Source of the DNA: a virus
IMG/VR virus record: IMGVR_UViG_3300020048_000014
Coordinates: 132,722-196,721 of that record
DNA length: 64,000 bases
Strand: one strand, 5' to 3'
Shown: positions 42,201-50,586 of the stretch, one piece after another
Layout of the letters: every line of letters starts with the position of its first letter
Position numbering within the stretch: position 1 is the stretch's first letter
Notes under the pieces: model-generated
Told to the model about the DNA's origin: nothing
Databases searched by the model: none
The model's input: only the letters and a program-made list of their open reading frames with translations
Program-made: the position numbers and the translations under genes

Positions 42201-43336
42201 CACTGAATCAAGAAGATGGCTTAGTTTGTAATGCAAGTATTCAAACTACAGCGAACGTATTCTCTACTGGTGGTTTTTATGCTAGAACAACTACCGATAA
42301 TGCCACATTCGGAAATCGTTATGGATTAGGTATTGTAGTAAAAGCTGGAAATAGCGGAACAGGTGGAAACGTCGGCATCGGCACGGCAACTCCAGCTTCA
42401 AAACTAACCGTAGAAGATGTAACTCTGGCAGGATCGCTCGCACTCTCTGGGTCCGCACTTGAAGTCAACCAAACATGGAACACCACAGGCACACCTACAG
42501 CTTTGTCTGTGAATGTTACTGATCTCAGCAGTAATGCGGCGAGTTTGCTGATGGATTTGAAGGTGGGTGGACGTAGTAAGTTTAACATTTCAAAAAGTGG
42601 AGGACTCCTTTTCGGTCCAAGCACTAATCCCGTTCTTCGAGCATCGGTATCATCTGATGGTGCTGGTAGGTTATTGTTAAATCCTTCTAATATTTCTGGT
42701 ATAGTGGTATATGGAAGTACCCAACTTCGAGGAGCTTTAAACTTTTTTGATGGTGCATTTCTTCAAAGAGACAATGTTGGTGAGAACAATGTTATTGCCC
42801 AGCGCAACGGTGTCAATCCTCAAGAATCCCGCATCTACGGCACGTATGCCAACAGCGGAGCAGACTACCGCCGCCTCGCGCTGAAGATGGACACGGCGGG
42901 CGTGGCGCAGATCGTCGCGGAAGGGCTTGGCACGGGCGTCAGCAGCAACTCGCTGCAATTTCAGGCAAACGGCACGACTCGGATAGTCATCGACGGGACG
43001 GGAGTGTCCTTAACTGGAAGCACGACAGTTACCGGAATTCTTTCTCCAACTGCAATTCGTTCTGGATATTATATTCAAACCGGCACCGAGTTTCTTTTTG
43101 GAACTGGTGGTGTCAGTGATGTTTCTCTAAGGCGAAACTCCGGTGGAGTGGTGGAAGTTTCTAACGGCAGTAACTCAGCAGGGAACCTCCGTGACCTATC
43201 CCTCCGCAACCTCACCGCCAGCGGCGACATCGAAGTCACCGACCTCACCAAAGGAATCATCCTCAAAAGCCCCAACGGCAACCGATTCAGAATTACGGTT
43301 GGCGATGATGGAGCATTGACAACAACAGCACTTTAA
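39215..43336 (+). CDS. Large fibre/appendage protein: N-terminal coiled coil plus mosaic beta-rich fibre
   Basis: About 440-aa heptad region, SGGGS hinge, DYLPLSGGTITG, GNVGIGT repeats, C-terminal ILKSPNG.RFRITV.DDGALTT. Confidence 0.75.
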   Translation: MKLFSEEVRYTSTNSSHNVLQIENFSEIFFDVFEIEINKSKYPVEKISEHNGNPVVSVPVLVEGNEIFYPFILIKGKFELIFNENNTIANIFPDGDFEHIKEVPIVDNFLLEKDDDSFIEEIHITDLIDNKKDILLQIESAKKDASKAIQRDKVLKLKQLSEQSKKHNKALENTLEIARENLVNEFIIISDKLRKELTEDSHVEYSELKETLDNKLTIISENLESQLEDNFQNASSIFDNQIKTLVKELYSETVSPKVEKELNDIAFQIVEKVGEIETTLDKKLETKAEKTLVEGVSKEITAIQKANIELNDNINKGVNKALSRAGNVKILVEKIDKEINEKISDELTNIENYFEEKIQNITNQTYDITEESRKYIIDLVNKSKVELLEEIRKIPTEKPIEYIIESTKKDPEKVNLDKLKKEYDTIIHNKFENYKTDLRKYISVYSGGGSVAMQFADGGTMNGNLTVVGTISASQYLGIPSGEVSGDYLPLSGGTITGSVTANSFVTLNGLSSQFVKGDGSLDSNIYLTSEDLNSNVILFPTTTSSGISGYSLMVSSITDIAYDDPAVNVPTGVIDSIDTYISTIISREGVLIGDIDTINMTIIGKIRKTAGGTNKNATFHFHVYKRSADGTETSIGVSGDTLTVTASIYEEYSASVLLPASTWLSTDRLVLKLYGILIGSGGGANPQYQFEFGGLTPVRVLIPLPTSVQLSNYVPYIGSTKDIDLGIHTITASNLIYNGGNTNTSNLLIGTNDNYNLNLETGGVSRMTILSSGNVGIGTTTPASKLTVEDVTLAGSLALSGSALEVNQTWNTTGTPTALSVNVTDLSSNAASSLMDLKVGGSSKFKVNKDGTTTLTTLNGNSSNLFIQIESSSQARFIKNNSVIFYYPIVADNSFGIALRNNSASLKLGTSDDVVLTRDTSNTLAQRNGLNAQTFNIYNTYTTTPTTSYERGFFKWDNDVLKIGTEASGTTGVARNLEIGGVVTTIKAGTNRTITLNQEDGLVCNASIQTTANVFSTGGFYARTTTDNATFGNRYGLGIVVKAGNSGTGGNVGIGTATPASKLTVEDVTLAGSLALSGSALEVNQTWNTTGTPTALSVNVTDLSSNAASLLMDLKVGGRSKFNISKSGGLLFGPSTNPVLRASVSSDGAGRLLLNPSNISGIVVYGSTQLRGALNFFDGAFLQRDNVGENNVIAQRNGVNPQESRIYGTYANSGADYRRLALKMDTAGVAQIVAEGLGTGVSSNSLQFQANGTTRIVIDGTGVSLTGSTTVTGILSPTAIRSGYYIQTGTEFLFGTGGVSDVSLRRNSGGVVEVSNGSNSAGNLRDLSLRNLTASGDIEVTDLTKGIILKSPNGNRFRITVGDDGALTTTAL
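41534..41754 (+). repeat. 221-bp internal direct repeat, copy 1
   Basis: Near-identical to 42365-42585 (offset 831 bp, in frame). Confidence 0.9.
42365..42585 (+). repeat. 221-bp internal direct repeat, copy 2
   Basis: Encodes GNVGIGT.TPASKLTVEDVTLAGSLALSGSALEVNQTWNTTGTPTALSVNVTDLSSNAAS.LMDLKVGG.SKF. Confidence 0.9.
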
Positions 43337-43358
43337 ATAAATATAACCAACAACAACA

Positions 43359-43691
43359 ATGACACTATCGAACCCAACTCCCGTTACCACTGAACCTGTA
43401 GCCTCCAAAGACTTCCCTCACTTGTGGCTATACAACATCCGTGTGCATGCGCCTTCTGTCACCACAGGCTCGATCACGATTGAAACGCTACCCTACAACT
43501 CTGAGACTCAAGAAATTGGAAGTGGCTCCAACATGGTATCAATCCAAACTGACGACTTGTGGAAAGCAGTAAATGAAGTGTCTGAAGTGGCGCAAGCGAT
43601 GGGAGCCATCTTTAATGCTGTTGAAGTGTTGCGGACATGGAGTGCGCAACAAGCTGAGGCATTAAATAACCAAGAAGGGACTACTGAATAA
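43359..43691 (+). CDS. Fibre-associated small protein
   Basis: 110 aa, in the fibre operon. Confidence 0.55.
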   Translation: MTLSNPTPVTTEPVASKDFPHLWLYNIRVHAPSVTTGSITIETLPYNSETQEIGSGSNMVSIQTDDLWKAVNEVSEVAQAMGAIFNAVEVLRTWSAQQAEALNNQEGTTE

Positions 43692-44884
43692 TGCCTAAAC
43701 ATCTTACAGAAACTGGAAATCAGGCTATCAGTGGCACCTTATCTGCTTCGGGTAATATTGAAGCCGCTACATTTACACGGGCAGGTGTGGCACAGCAGAA
43801 TGTGGGGACGGGGGCGAGTCCGGCGTTTCAATCGGCAAATATCGGCAATTTCTCTTTAATTGCAGATGAAGACTTAGACATTCGAACATCAACAGGTCTC
43901 CGCTTGGTTCGCTTGAGCAGGCGCGGAAACAATCGGGGTGGGATCTCATTTGCTAACGGATCTGGCGGCGGGTATGAAATAGGTTTCCAGTGGCTATCAT
44001 CCACCACGGTGGAGCTAAACAGCGGGACGGTGGGAGCAACAAGAGGATTGAAAATATCAGACCTTGAAGCCACAGGCACGGTCACAGCAACTAATCTAGT
44101 TTATACATCTGGAGATCAGACTATTGGAGGAGTTAAAACATTTACTAGCAATATAGTTGGTAATGGAACTGCAAATAGGTTGCCGAATCAATCCCTGAGT
44201 GCGACTACTTCGAAAGATAGTATAGTAACATTAGCAATGGTAGAAGAGTTATATGGCTGGGAATTATTGCTCGCTGGAGCTTATCAAACATTCTTGTTAG
44301 GAAGTGGATCTTCTGTCGCTACTCCTAATTCATCTAGTATTAATACTCAAACTGCTACTAGTACTAATCTTGCTGGATTTAAAATAGCAGATGTCTTTAA
44401 CCGCTCACCAATGGGACATACCATAACAAATACAAACTTTCAAAATGTGCCATTTCAGAGTGGTAAGACAAGAGTTAAATTTTTAGCAAACGTGGTATCA
44501 TTTGCTGGGGATGCTGAGTTCTGGTATTGGATTGGTGTTCAAAACACTATACCGTCGGAATTTCCAACCGCTATAGGTGTTGGTGTGGTAATGACAACTA
44601 CCACTATTCGATCTGTTGTTCATGATGGAACTACACATATTCTAGGTGATGAATATGTTCATGGTATACTGCCAATAAAAACTTTTGAAATTGAAATAGA
44701 ATACTATCAAGGAGTTTGCATAACAAAGCTGAATGGTGTTGCTGTATCGACAGTGAGTGGTGGGAATACAAACTCTAACCCAGCAGCAGCGCAATCATTC
44801 TATGTTAGGACCGCAACAGGTGGAACAAGTAATACTGCACGTATTGAATTTAAAAATATAAAATACAGAATAACACAATCATAA
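43691..44884 (+). CDS. Tail fibre-like protein with a beta-sandwich C-terminus
   Basis: NLVYTSGDQTIGGVKTF fibre motif. Confidence 0.65.
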   Translation: MPKHLTETGNQAISGTLSASGNIEAATFTRAGVAQQNVGTGASPAFQSANIGNFSLIADEDLDIRTSTGLRLVRLSRRGNNRGGISFANGSGGGYEIGFQWLSSTTVELNSGTVGATRGLKISDLEATGTVTATNLVYTSGDQTIGGVKTFTSNIVGNGTANRLPNQSLSATTSKDSIVTLAMVEELYGWELLLAGAYQTFLLGSGSSVATPNSSSINTQTATSTNLAGFKIADVFNRSPMGHTITNTNFQNVPFQSGKTRVKFLANVVSFAGDAEFWYWIGVQNTIPSEFPTAIGVGVVMTTTTIRSVVHDGTTHILGDEYVHGILPIKTFEIEIEYYQGVCITKLNGVAVSTVSGGNTNSNPAAAQSFYVRTATGGTSNTARIEFKNIKYRITQS

Positions 44885-44888
44885 TTTT

Positions 44889-45260
44889 ATGATCACTAAC
44901 AAATCACAACTACAACAAGACATCGACACAATCGACAAAGCCGCAGAGTCAGCAGTTTTAGCTTTTTCTGCATCTGCTTTTACTCTTAATCATTCCTATG
45001 ATACTCTTTGGAATCTTCCAGAGGAAAGGTTACTTGCAGTGCTTCAAAGAATGTATGATGACAATACACTAACTTCTACCTTTGAGCGTCACAACTATGC
45101 TGCTGCTGCCGTTAATCAGGCGTTGGGATATGATGCTGCTAGGGTAGCGGCACCCTTAGAGATTGTCATAACAGATGGAGTGCTATCGTTTCCTGAAGTA
45201 GTTGCACAAGAGCCTGAAGTATTATTTGAGGAACAATCTACTATTGAAGATTTATTATAA
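44889..45260 (+). CDS. Fibre-associated hypothetical protein
   Basis: 123 aa, helical. Confidence 0.55.
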   Translation: MITNKSQLQQDIDTIDKAAESAVLAFSASAFTLNHSYDTLWNLPEERLLAVLQRMYDDNTLTSTFERHNYAAAAVNQALGYDAARVAAPLEIVITDGVLSFPEVVAQEPEVLFEEQSTIEDLL

Positions 45261-45263
45261 ACT

Positions 45264-45824
45264 ATGATACGACCACTATATAACTTATACCATAACCTTT
45301 TTGTAAAGCATCCCAAACCTTCTACAATCAACCGTAGCGGTATTATACTATCCGATCACCCAGTTATTGGTAATGGTTGGATAAAAGGCTGGCTTGTAGA
45401 GAATGGTAAAAGAGATACAATCATTGTATGTACGCATTCAAACCCGTCTACATTCTCGCCTAATAACATTGTCTTTGCTACATCAAATAATGGCACAAAA
45501 CATTACAGAACTATTGTATCTGTAGAAAATGTAGAACTAAATAATCATGATCTTGATATAACGGTATGTAAGTTAGACAAGCCATTTCCTAAAGATATTC
45601 ATGCCTACAAGTTTGCTGAGAAGCTACAAGAAGGACAATACACAATTACATTTAATAATTCTAATGAAAGATCAGAGGCTAACTTAAAGCTAATGAAAAA
45701 GTCGGGTCAAGTTGCTGGTAACAACAGAAAACTTCATTTTATATCTGGTGATAGCGGCACACCATGGTTTGTGTGGGAAAAAGATGAATGGCGTGTTGCT
45801 AGTCATACACACCGTGGAATGTGA
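45264..45824 (+). CDS. Trypsin-like serine protease; frame stays open for 28 codons after the TGA (to 45911)
   Basis: VCTH (His), DLDITVCKL (Asp), SGDSGTP (Ser). Confidence 0.75.
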   Translation: MIRPLYNLYHNLFVKHPKPSTINRSGIILSDHPVIGNGWIKGWLVENGKRDTIIVCTHSNPSTFSPNNIVFATSNNGTKHYRTIVSVENVELNNHDLDITVCKLDKPFPKDIHAYKFAEKLQEGQYTITFNNSNERSEANLKLMKKSGQVAGNNRKLHFISGDSGTPWFVWEKDEWRVASHTHRGM

Positions 45825-45915
45825 GGAATTGGTCCATGGTATTCTCATAAAGACATATATTCAAAGTTGAAGAACCAATTGTTGAAGAATTATAACGTTA
45901 TAGATAAATAATAAT

Positions 45916-46287
45916 ATGAGCATATTCAAAAACGCATCTCAGCCTGTATCCGCCCCTGTAGATAACCGCACTCTAGAGGAAAAACAAAATCAAGCCAGTC
46001 GTCAAATTATTAATATGGGACAACGGCATTATAGTCAACTATGCCGCATGCAAAAAGAAGGCATCGATGCTATGTGGCATAATAAAAATTTAACCGCTCA
46101 AGAAGTAGCAGACGCTGTTGGAGTAGACGGTGGAGTTTTAATTGCTGCTCATGGAGCATTAACTTCTGCTATTATATCTGCTGCAACTGCTGCTGGAATA
46201 ACCCCAGACATTAAACTACCTACTAATGCATTCACGGTCAATTCAGATGGCACAGTAACAGTTTCCAATGATCCATATGTTGCTTAA
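45916..46287 (+). CDS. Fibre-associated hypothetical protein
   Basis: TAAATA-N5-ATG; ends FTVNSDGTVTV. Confidence 0.55.
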   Translation: MSIFKNASQPVSAPVDNRTLEEKQNQASRQIINMGQRHYSQLCRMQKEGIDAMWHNKNLTAQEVADAVGVDGGVLIAAHGALTSAIISAATAAGITPDIKLPTNAFTVNSDGTVTVSNDPYVA

Positions 46288-46311
46288 TTAGTTTTATAAA
46301 CTAGTTACAAT

Positions 46312-46800
46312 ATGTCTCTTCCGCTTCAAAGAAATTCTAAATATCACCAAGGATATTACAAATGTCGGAATATTGAAAAATTAATCGGGCATGATGTTCC
46401 AATGTATCGATCTGGTATCGAATTAGAATTTATGAAATTCTGCGATACTAATCCAAAGGTTATAAGATGGGGTAGTGAAAATTATCAAGTCCCATATTAT
46501 GATCCGATCAAACGTAAAAATCGTTTATATTTTGTGGACAACTATGTCGAAATTTTAGAAGGTAACATTGTTAAAAAATATCTTATAGAATTGAAAGATC
46601 ATAAAGAGACTAAAAAACCAGACCCTCGGGCTAAAAAGAAAAAAGCTACTTTAGTGCTAGAACAAAGCACTTGGGTGACTAATAATGCTAAGTGGAAAAC
46701 CACTTTACAATTCTGTAAAAAGAATAATATGGAATTTTTATTACTTGGGCATAGTAAAAAAGATGGTTTTATTCCGGTAAATTTAGATTTCTTAGTTTAA
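46312..46800 (+). CDS. 4: gp4 head completion nuclease (TnsA-like)
   Basis: YRSGIEL.FM.FCD.NP.VIRWGSE...PY.......YFVD, IELK, NNAKW. Confidence 0.92.
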   Translation: MSLPLQRNSKYHQGYYKCRNIEKLIGHDVPMYRSGIELEFMKFCDTNPKVIRWGSENYQVPYYDPIKRKNRLYFVDNYVEILEGNIVKKYLIELKDHKETKKPDPRAKKKKATLVLEQSTWVTNNAKWKTTLQFCKKNNMEFLLLGHSKKDGFIPVNLDFLV

Positions 46801-46816
46801 TTGCTTAAATATATAC

Positions 46817-47485
46817 ATGTCATTAAAACTCAAATTAATTGCTGAAACTCCATACGATTTGGAAGACTTCGAAATTATCGAAGAGCAAAGTAATTTAAAA
46901 GGTCAATCCAATTTATATGTAGCTGGTCCGATGATTGGGTGTGGTTCAAAAAATAAAAATGGTAGACTATACGAAAAAAACAGCACTAGAACCGAAGTCA
47001 ATAGATATATTGAAGAAATGGTTAAAACTGGAAGAGCCATGGGTGAATTAAATCATCCGAGTAGTGCAGATGTCAATCTAGAAAGAGCATGTCATTTAGT
47101 TACTGAACTAAATGAAATCGATGATGGTTTTTATGGAAAAGCTAAAGTCTTGTCTACTCCATGTGGACAAATTCTGCGAGCACTTATCAATGATGGTGTT
47201 CGTATTGGTATGAGCACTAGAGCTTTGGGCTCTCTAAAGGAACAATCTGATTATAACTTAGTCGAAAATATGCATTTGGTCGCTATTGACACGGTAGCAG
47301 ATCCTAGCCATTCGACCGCATTCGTTAACGGTATTTTAGAATCAAAATCTTGGATTGTTGAACAGGATGGTAGATATGAAGAATCTTACGATAATTTTGA
47401 AAAAGCTATTTCAAAAATTCCAAGAAAAGAAGCCGATAGTTATCTTCGTCAACAAATTGTTCGTTTTATAAATAATTTAAACTAA
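46817..47485 (+). CDS. 21: gp21 prohead protease
   Basis: KNKNGRLY, GELNHP, GKAKVL.TP.G, G.S.R.LGSL, D.VADPS..AFV.GI.E. Confidence 0.95.
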   Translation: MSLKLKLIAETPYDLEDFEIIEEQSNLKGQSNLYVAGPMIGCGSKNKNGRLYEKNSTRTEVNRYIEEMVKTGRAMGELNHPSSADVNLERACHLVTELNEIDDGFYGKAKVLSTPCGQILRALINDGVRIGMSTRALGSLKEQSDYNLVENMHLVAIDTVADPSHSTAFVNGILESKSWIVEQDGRYEESYDNFEKAISKIPRKEADSYLRQQIVRFINNLN

Positions 47486-47493
47486 ATATTAGC

Positions 47494-48009
47494 ATGAAAA
47501 ATTCTAAAGAACTTAAAACCAAAGGTAAGATTACAGTCAAAGCACCAAATGTTAAAGAACGTAAAAGATTTGCCCCATCTACCAAAGTGGAACAATCAAA
47601 AAAATCTTATAATAGAAAAAAAGAAACTTTTGATGAAGATGAAGAACTTGGAACTGTTCCAATGAAGCCTGATCATTTTGATAAAAAATCGGAAAAGTTT
47701 CCAGCTAGAAAATCAGCAAAAGAACTTGGCAAAAATCCTACTCGTAAAACCGCTAAACAAATTAGAGGAGAAGAAGACGAAGAAAAAAAATCTTGTTGGA
47801 AAGGATATAAGAAAAAAGGAACTAAAATGAAAGGCGATAAAAAAGTCAACAATTGTGTTAAAGAAAATACCGAATCCACTAATATTAGTAAATTCGTAGA
47901 AGCCATTCTAACGAAGAACTATGCTTCCGCTAACAAGCATTTAAAACAAGCAGTTGATACCAAATTATCTAAAATAATTCAATCTGAACTAAATACTCCA
48001 TTATTTTAA
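47494..48009 (+). CDS. Prohead core-like protein (basic N-terminus, CWKGY..G.K.K....NCV motif)
   Basis: Between gp21 and gp22; C-terminal ISKFVEAI...A...L...V..K helix. Confidence 0.55.
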   Translation: MKNSKELKTKGKITVKAPNVKERKRFAPSTKVEQSKKSYNRKKETFDEDEELGTVPMKPDHFDKKSEKFPARKSAKELGKNPTRKTAKQIRGEEDEEKKSCWKGYKKKGTKMKGDKKVNNCVKENTESTNISKFVEAILTKNYASANKHLKQAVDTKLSKIIQSELNTPLF

Positions 48010-48030
48010 TATAAATTACTAAATATATCT

Positions 48031-48909
48031 ATGAGCCTTAAAAATCTGTTTTCCGAAGATGTTCAGAAGATTCTTACCGAAGAATCCCTTACTGCAATTC
48101 AAGAAGCTTTTGATTCTAAAGTAGAACTTGCAGTTGAAGCTGCTTTAGTCGAACAGGATGATCAATACGCAACTAAATTAAAAACTCTTATCACAACTCT
48201 CGATAAAGATCGCACTACAAAAATGCGGCGTGTTGTTGAGGCAGTTGATAAGAATAATGCATCTAAATTAGTTAAAGTAGTTAAACTTTATGAGCGTGAT
48301 TCTAAGAGAGACGCTAAAAAATTTAAAAAGCAAGTGGTTGAAACTGTAAGTCAATTTATTGATGCATATATTTCTGAAGCTGTTAATCCACAAGATATCG
48401 CACAAGCTGTTAAAAATAAAACCGCTTTTAATGTTTTAGAAAATCTACGTGGAGTTCTAGGTGTCGATGTTGCCATGATGAACAAATCCATCAAAGGTGC
48501 TGTTATGGATGGTGCTGATAAAATCAATACTCTCCAAACCGAAAATACTCAACTTAAAACTAAGTTAAGTAAAATTTCCGAATCTTATCAAAAAATTGAA
48601 GTAAAATCTCTATTAGAAGAAAAGACTTCCAAGCTTCCAGAAACCAAAAAGAACTTTATTCGTAAAGCTCTTCAAGATAAATCTGTCAAGTTTATTAATG
48701 AAAATTTTGATTATACTCTTCGTCTATTCGATAAACAAGAAAAAGAAAAACTTGTGACTCTTAAAGAAGAAGCAATTAACAATCGGTCTGTCAAGCCTGA
48801 TGTGGTCCCAAAACAAAAAATTGTTACGGAATCACTAAATAATAACAGTGGTACACATGGAGACATGTATATCAACGAGCTTTCCAAAACTTGGGGGACC
48901 AAACGGTAA
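48031..48909 (+). CDS. 22: gp22 prohead scaffold
   Basis: LTEESL.AI.EAF..KV..AV, coiled coil; directly before gp23. Confidence 0.85.
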   Translation: MSLKNLFSEDVQKILTEESLTAIQEAFDSKVELAVEAALVEQDDQYATKLKTLITTLDKDRTTKMRRVVEAVDKNNASKLVKVVKLYERDSKRDAKKFKKQVVETVSQFIDAYISEAVNPQDIAQAVKNKTAFNVLENLRGVLGVDVAMMNKSIKGAVMDGADKINTLQTENTQLKTKLSKISESYQKIEVKSLLEEKTSKLPETKKNFIRKALQDKSVKFINENFDYTLRLFDKQEKEKLVTLKEEAINNRSVKPDVVPKQKIVTESLNNNSGTHGDMYINELSKTWGTKR

Positions 48910-48986
48910 TCCTAAGAATAAAAAATCTCACCAAGATCCATGAGGCTATAGTAGCCTGAACAAAATATAGAAAGAAATAAAATTAT

Positions 48987-50456
48987 ATGAAAGAAATTCC
49001 ACAAACTGGTAATGAAAGTAAAATTCAAGGGCTTGTTAAGAAATGGGCCAAAGTTCTAGATTACGAAAGTAATTCTATCCCGGCCATTCAGAACGAGCAT
49101 GTCTACAAGACAACCGCGATGCTATTGGAAAACCAAGAAAAATGGTGTATCGAAGAAGCTGGTAACTCCACTGGAGGTATCTTTGGCGCAACTAATGTTG
49201 GTGGACCTAACGTGTCCCCTAATTCTGACGGTTATGCTACTGGAGATTCCCGCCTTCCTAAGATCCTCATTCCTATGATTCGTCGTACTTTCCCTGAACT
49301 TATCTCCAACGAGATTTGCGGTGTTCAACCTATGGGTGGTCCGGTTGGTCTTGCTTTCGCTCTGCGTTATGCTTATCAATCAACCTTCCTAAATGAAACC
49401 GATAACGTTGGTGGTAGTGTGCGTGATGGTGGACTCGGTAATGCTGGCGGAAGTGCTCCACAAGGAACATATACTGGCAATGCTGGTCTTCCTTCTGGTG
49501 AGCTTGGTTATCAACTCCTCGACACTCGTTTCACTGGTGCTTCTTCTGCTGCCTTAAGTGGTTTTGCAGGTGAATGGACATTCAGTGCTCAAGATACAGG
49601 TGTTGCACAACTACTCGAAAACTACGAGAACACTGGTCGCATTCCACAAATCGAAATGAAGTTTGAAAAAACCTCAGTCGAAGCTGGAACTCGCAGACTT
49701 GCTACTCGTTGGTCAATCGAACTTGAACAAGATATCAAAAATATGCAAGGCATCGACATCGATGGCGAGCTTACTAATGCAATGTCTTATGAAATTCAAG
49801 CCGAAATCGACCGTGAAGTTGTTATGCGGATGATCCAATCAGCATTCAATGCTGGTTATGGTGCTGGTATCTCCATCTGGAGTCCAGTAAGTGCTGACGG
49901 TCGTTGGACTGCTGAACGTAATCTTACATTCTATCAACGTTTAATCATTGAGTCTGGCCGTATGGCTGCTCGTAACCGCCGTGGTGCTGCTAACTTCGTT
50001 ATCTGCACTCCTCGCGTTTGCAGCATCCTCGAAATGCTTCCTGACTTCAAGGTATACGAAATCAATGGCACAGTTTCTACTGCTGGTGTTGGTATCGCTA
50101 AGGTTGGTACTGTTGGAAGTCGCTTCACCGTTTATCGTGATACTCGTACAGAAGTTCAAAACTCCAAACTCTATGGTAATAATGGATATACTCCTCTTAG
50201 TGAGACATCCGTCGAATATTGCCTAATGGGTTATAAAGGTTCTGAATACTATGACACTGGTATCATCTATTGCCCTTACATTCCAATCATGGTTCAAAGA
50301 GCTATCGATCCTGTTAACTTCACTCCTCGCGTTGGTCTAATGACCCGTTACGGTATCGTTAACAATATCTTCGGTGCTGCCCTCTATTACCATATTATTG
50401 TAGTCAAGGGACTTGGTGTTGCGTTCACTCCGGGGTCAGTTTCCACATATCTCTGA
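48987..50456 (+). CDS. 23: gp23 major capsid protein
   Basis: KW..VLD, LLENQE, LIPMIRR.FP.LI, GVQPM.GP.GL.FA.R, YEIQAEIDRE, YCPYIP, MTRYG. Confidence 0.97.
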   Translation: MKEIPQTGNESKIQGLVKKWAKVLDYESNSIPAIQNEHVYKTTAMLLENQEKWCIEEAGNSTGGIFGATNVGGPNVSPNSDGYATGDSRLPKILIPMIRRTFPELISNEICGVQPMGGPVGLAFALRYAYQSTFLNETDNVGGSVRDGGLGNAGGSAPQGTYTGNAGLPSGELGYQLLDTRFTGASSAALSGFAGEWTFSAQDTGVAQLLENYENTGRIPQIEMKFEKTSVEAGTRRLATRWSIELEQDIKNMQGIDIDGELTNAMSYEIQAEIDREVVMRMIQSAFNAGYGAGISIWSPVSADGRWTAERNLTFYQRLIIESGRMAARNRRGAANFVICTPRVCSILEMLPDFKVYEINGTVSTAGVGIAKVGTVGSRFTVYRDTRTEVQNSKLYGNNGYTPLSETSVEYCLMGYKGSEYYDTGIIYCPYIPIMVQRAIDPVNFTPRVGLMTRYGIVNNIFGAALYYHIIVVKGLGVAFTPGSVSTYL

Positions 50457-50498
50457 TCTGTGTAACTGCTTCTAAGTAAGCGACTTACGAATCAAATT

Positions 50499-50532
50499 AA
50501 AACCAGAGGCACCGAAGAGCCTCTGGTTTTTT
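50499..50532 (+). terminator. Rho-independent terminator after gp23
   Basis: AAAACCAGAGGC-ACCGAAGA-GCCTCTGGTTTTTT. Confidence 0.9.
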
Positions 50533-50586
50533 CGTTTATAGGTGATTATTTGTTGACATTTTAGGGGCATATGATTAAATACTCTT

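Noticed and set aside
39215-44884. Diversity-generating retroelement acting on the fibre repeats
   Set aside because: No reverse transcriptase in the window; both repeat copies are coding and the differences are mostly synonymous rather than adenine-specific.
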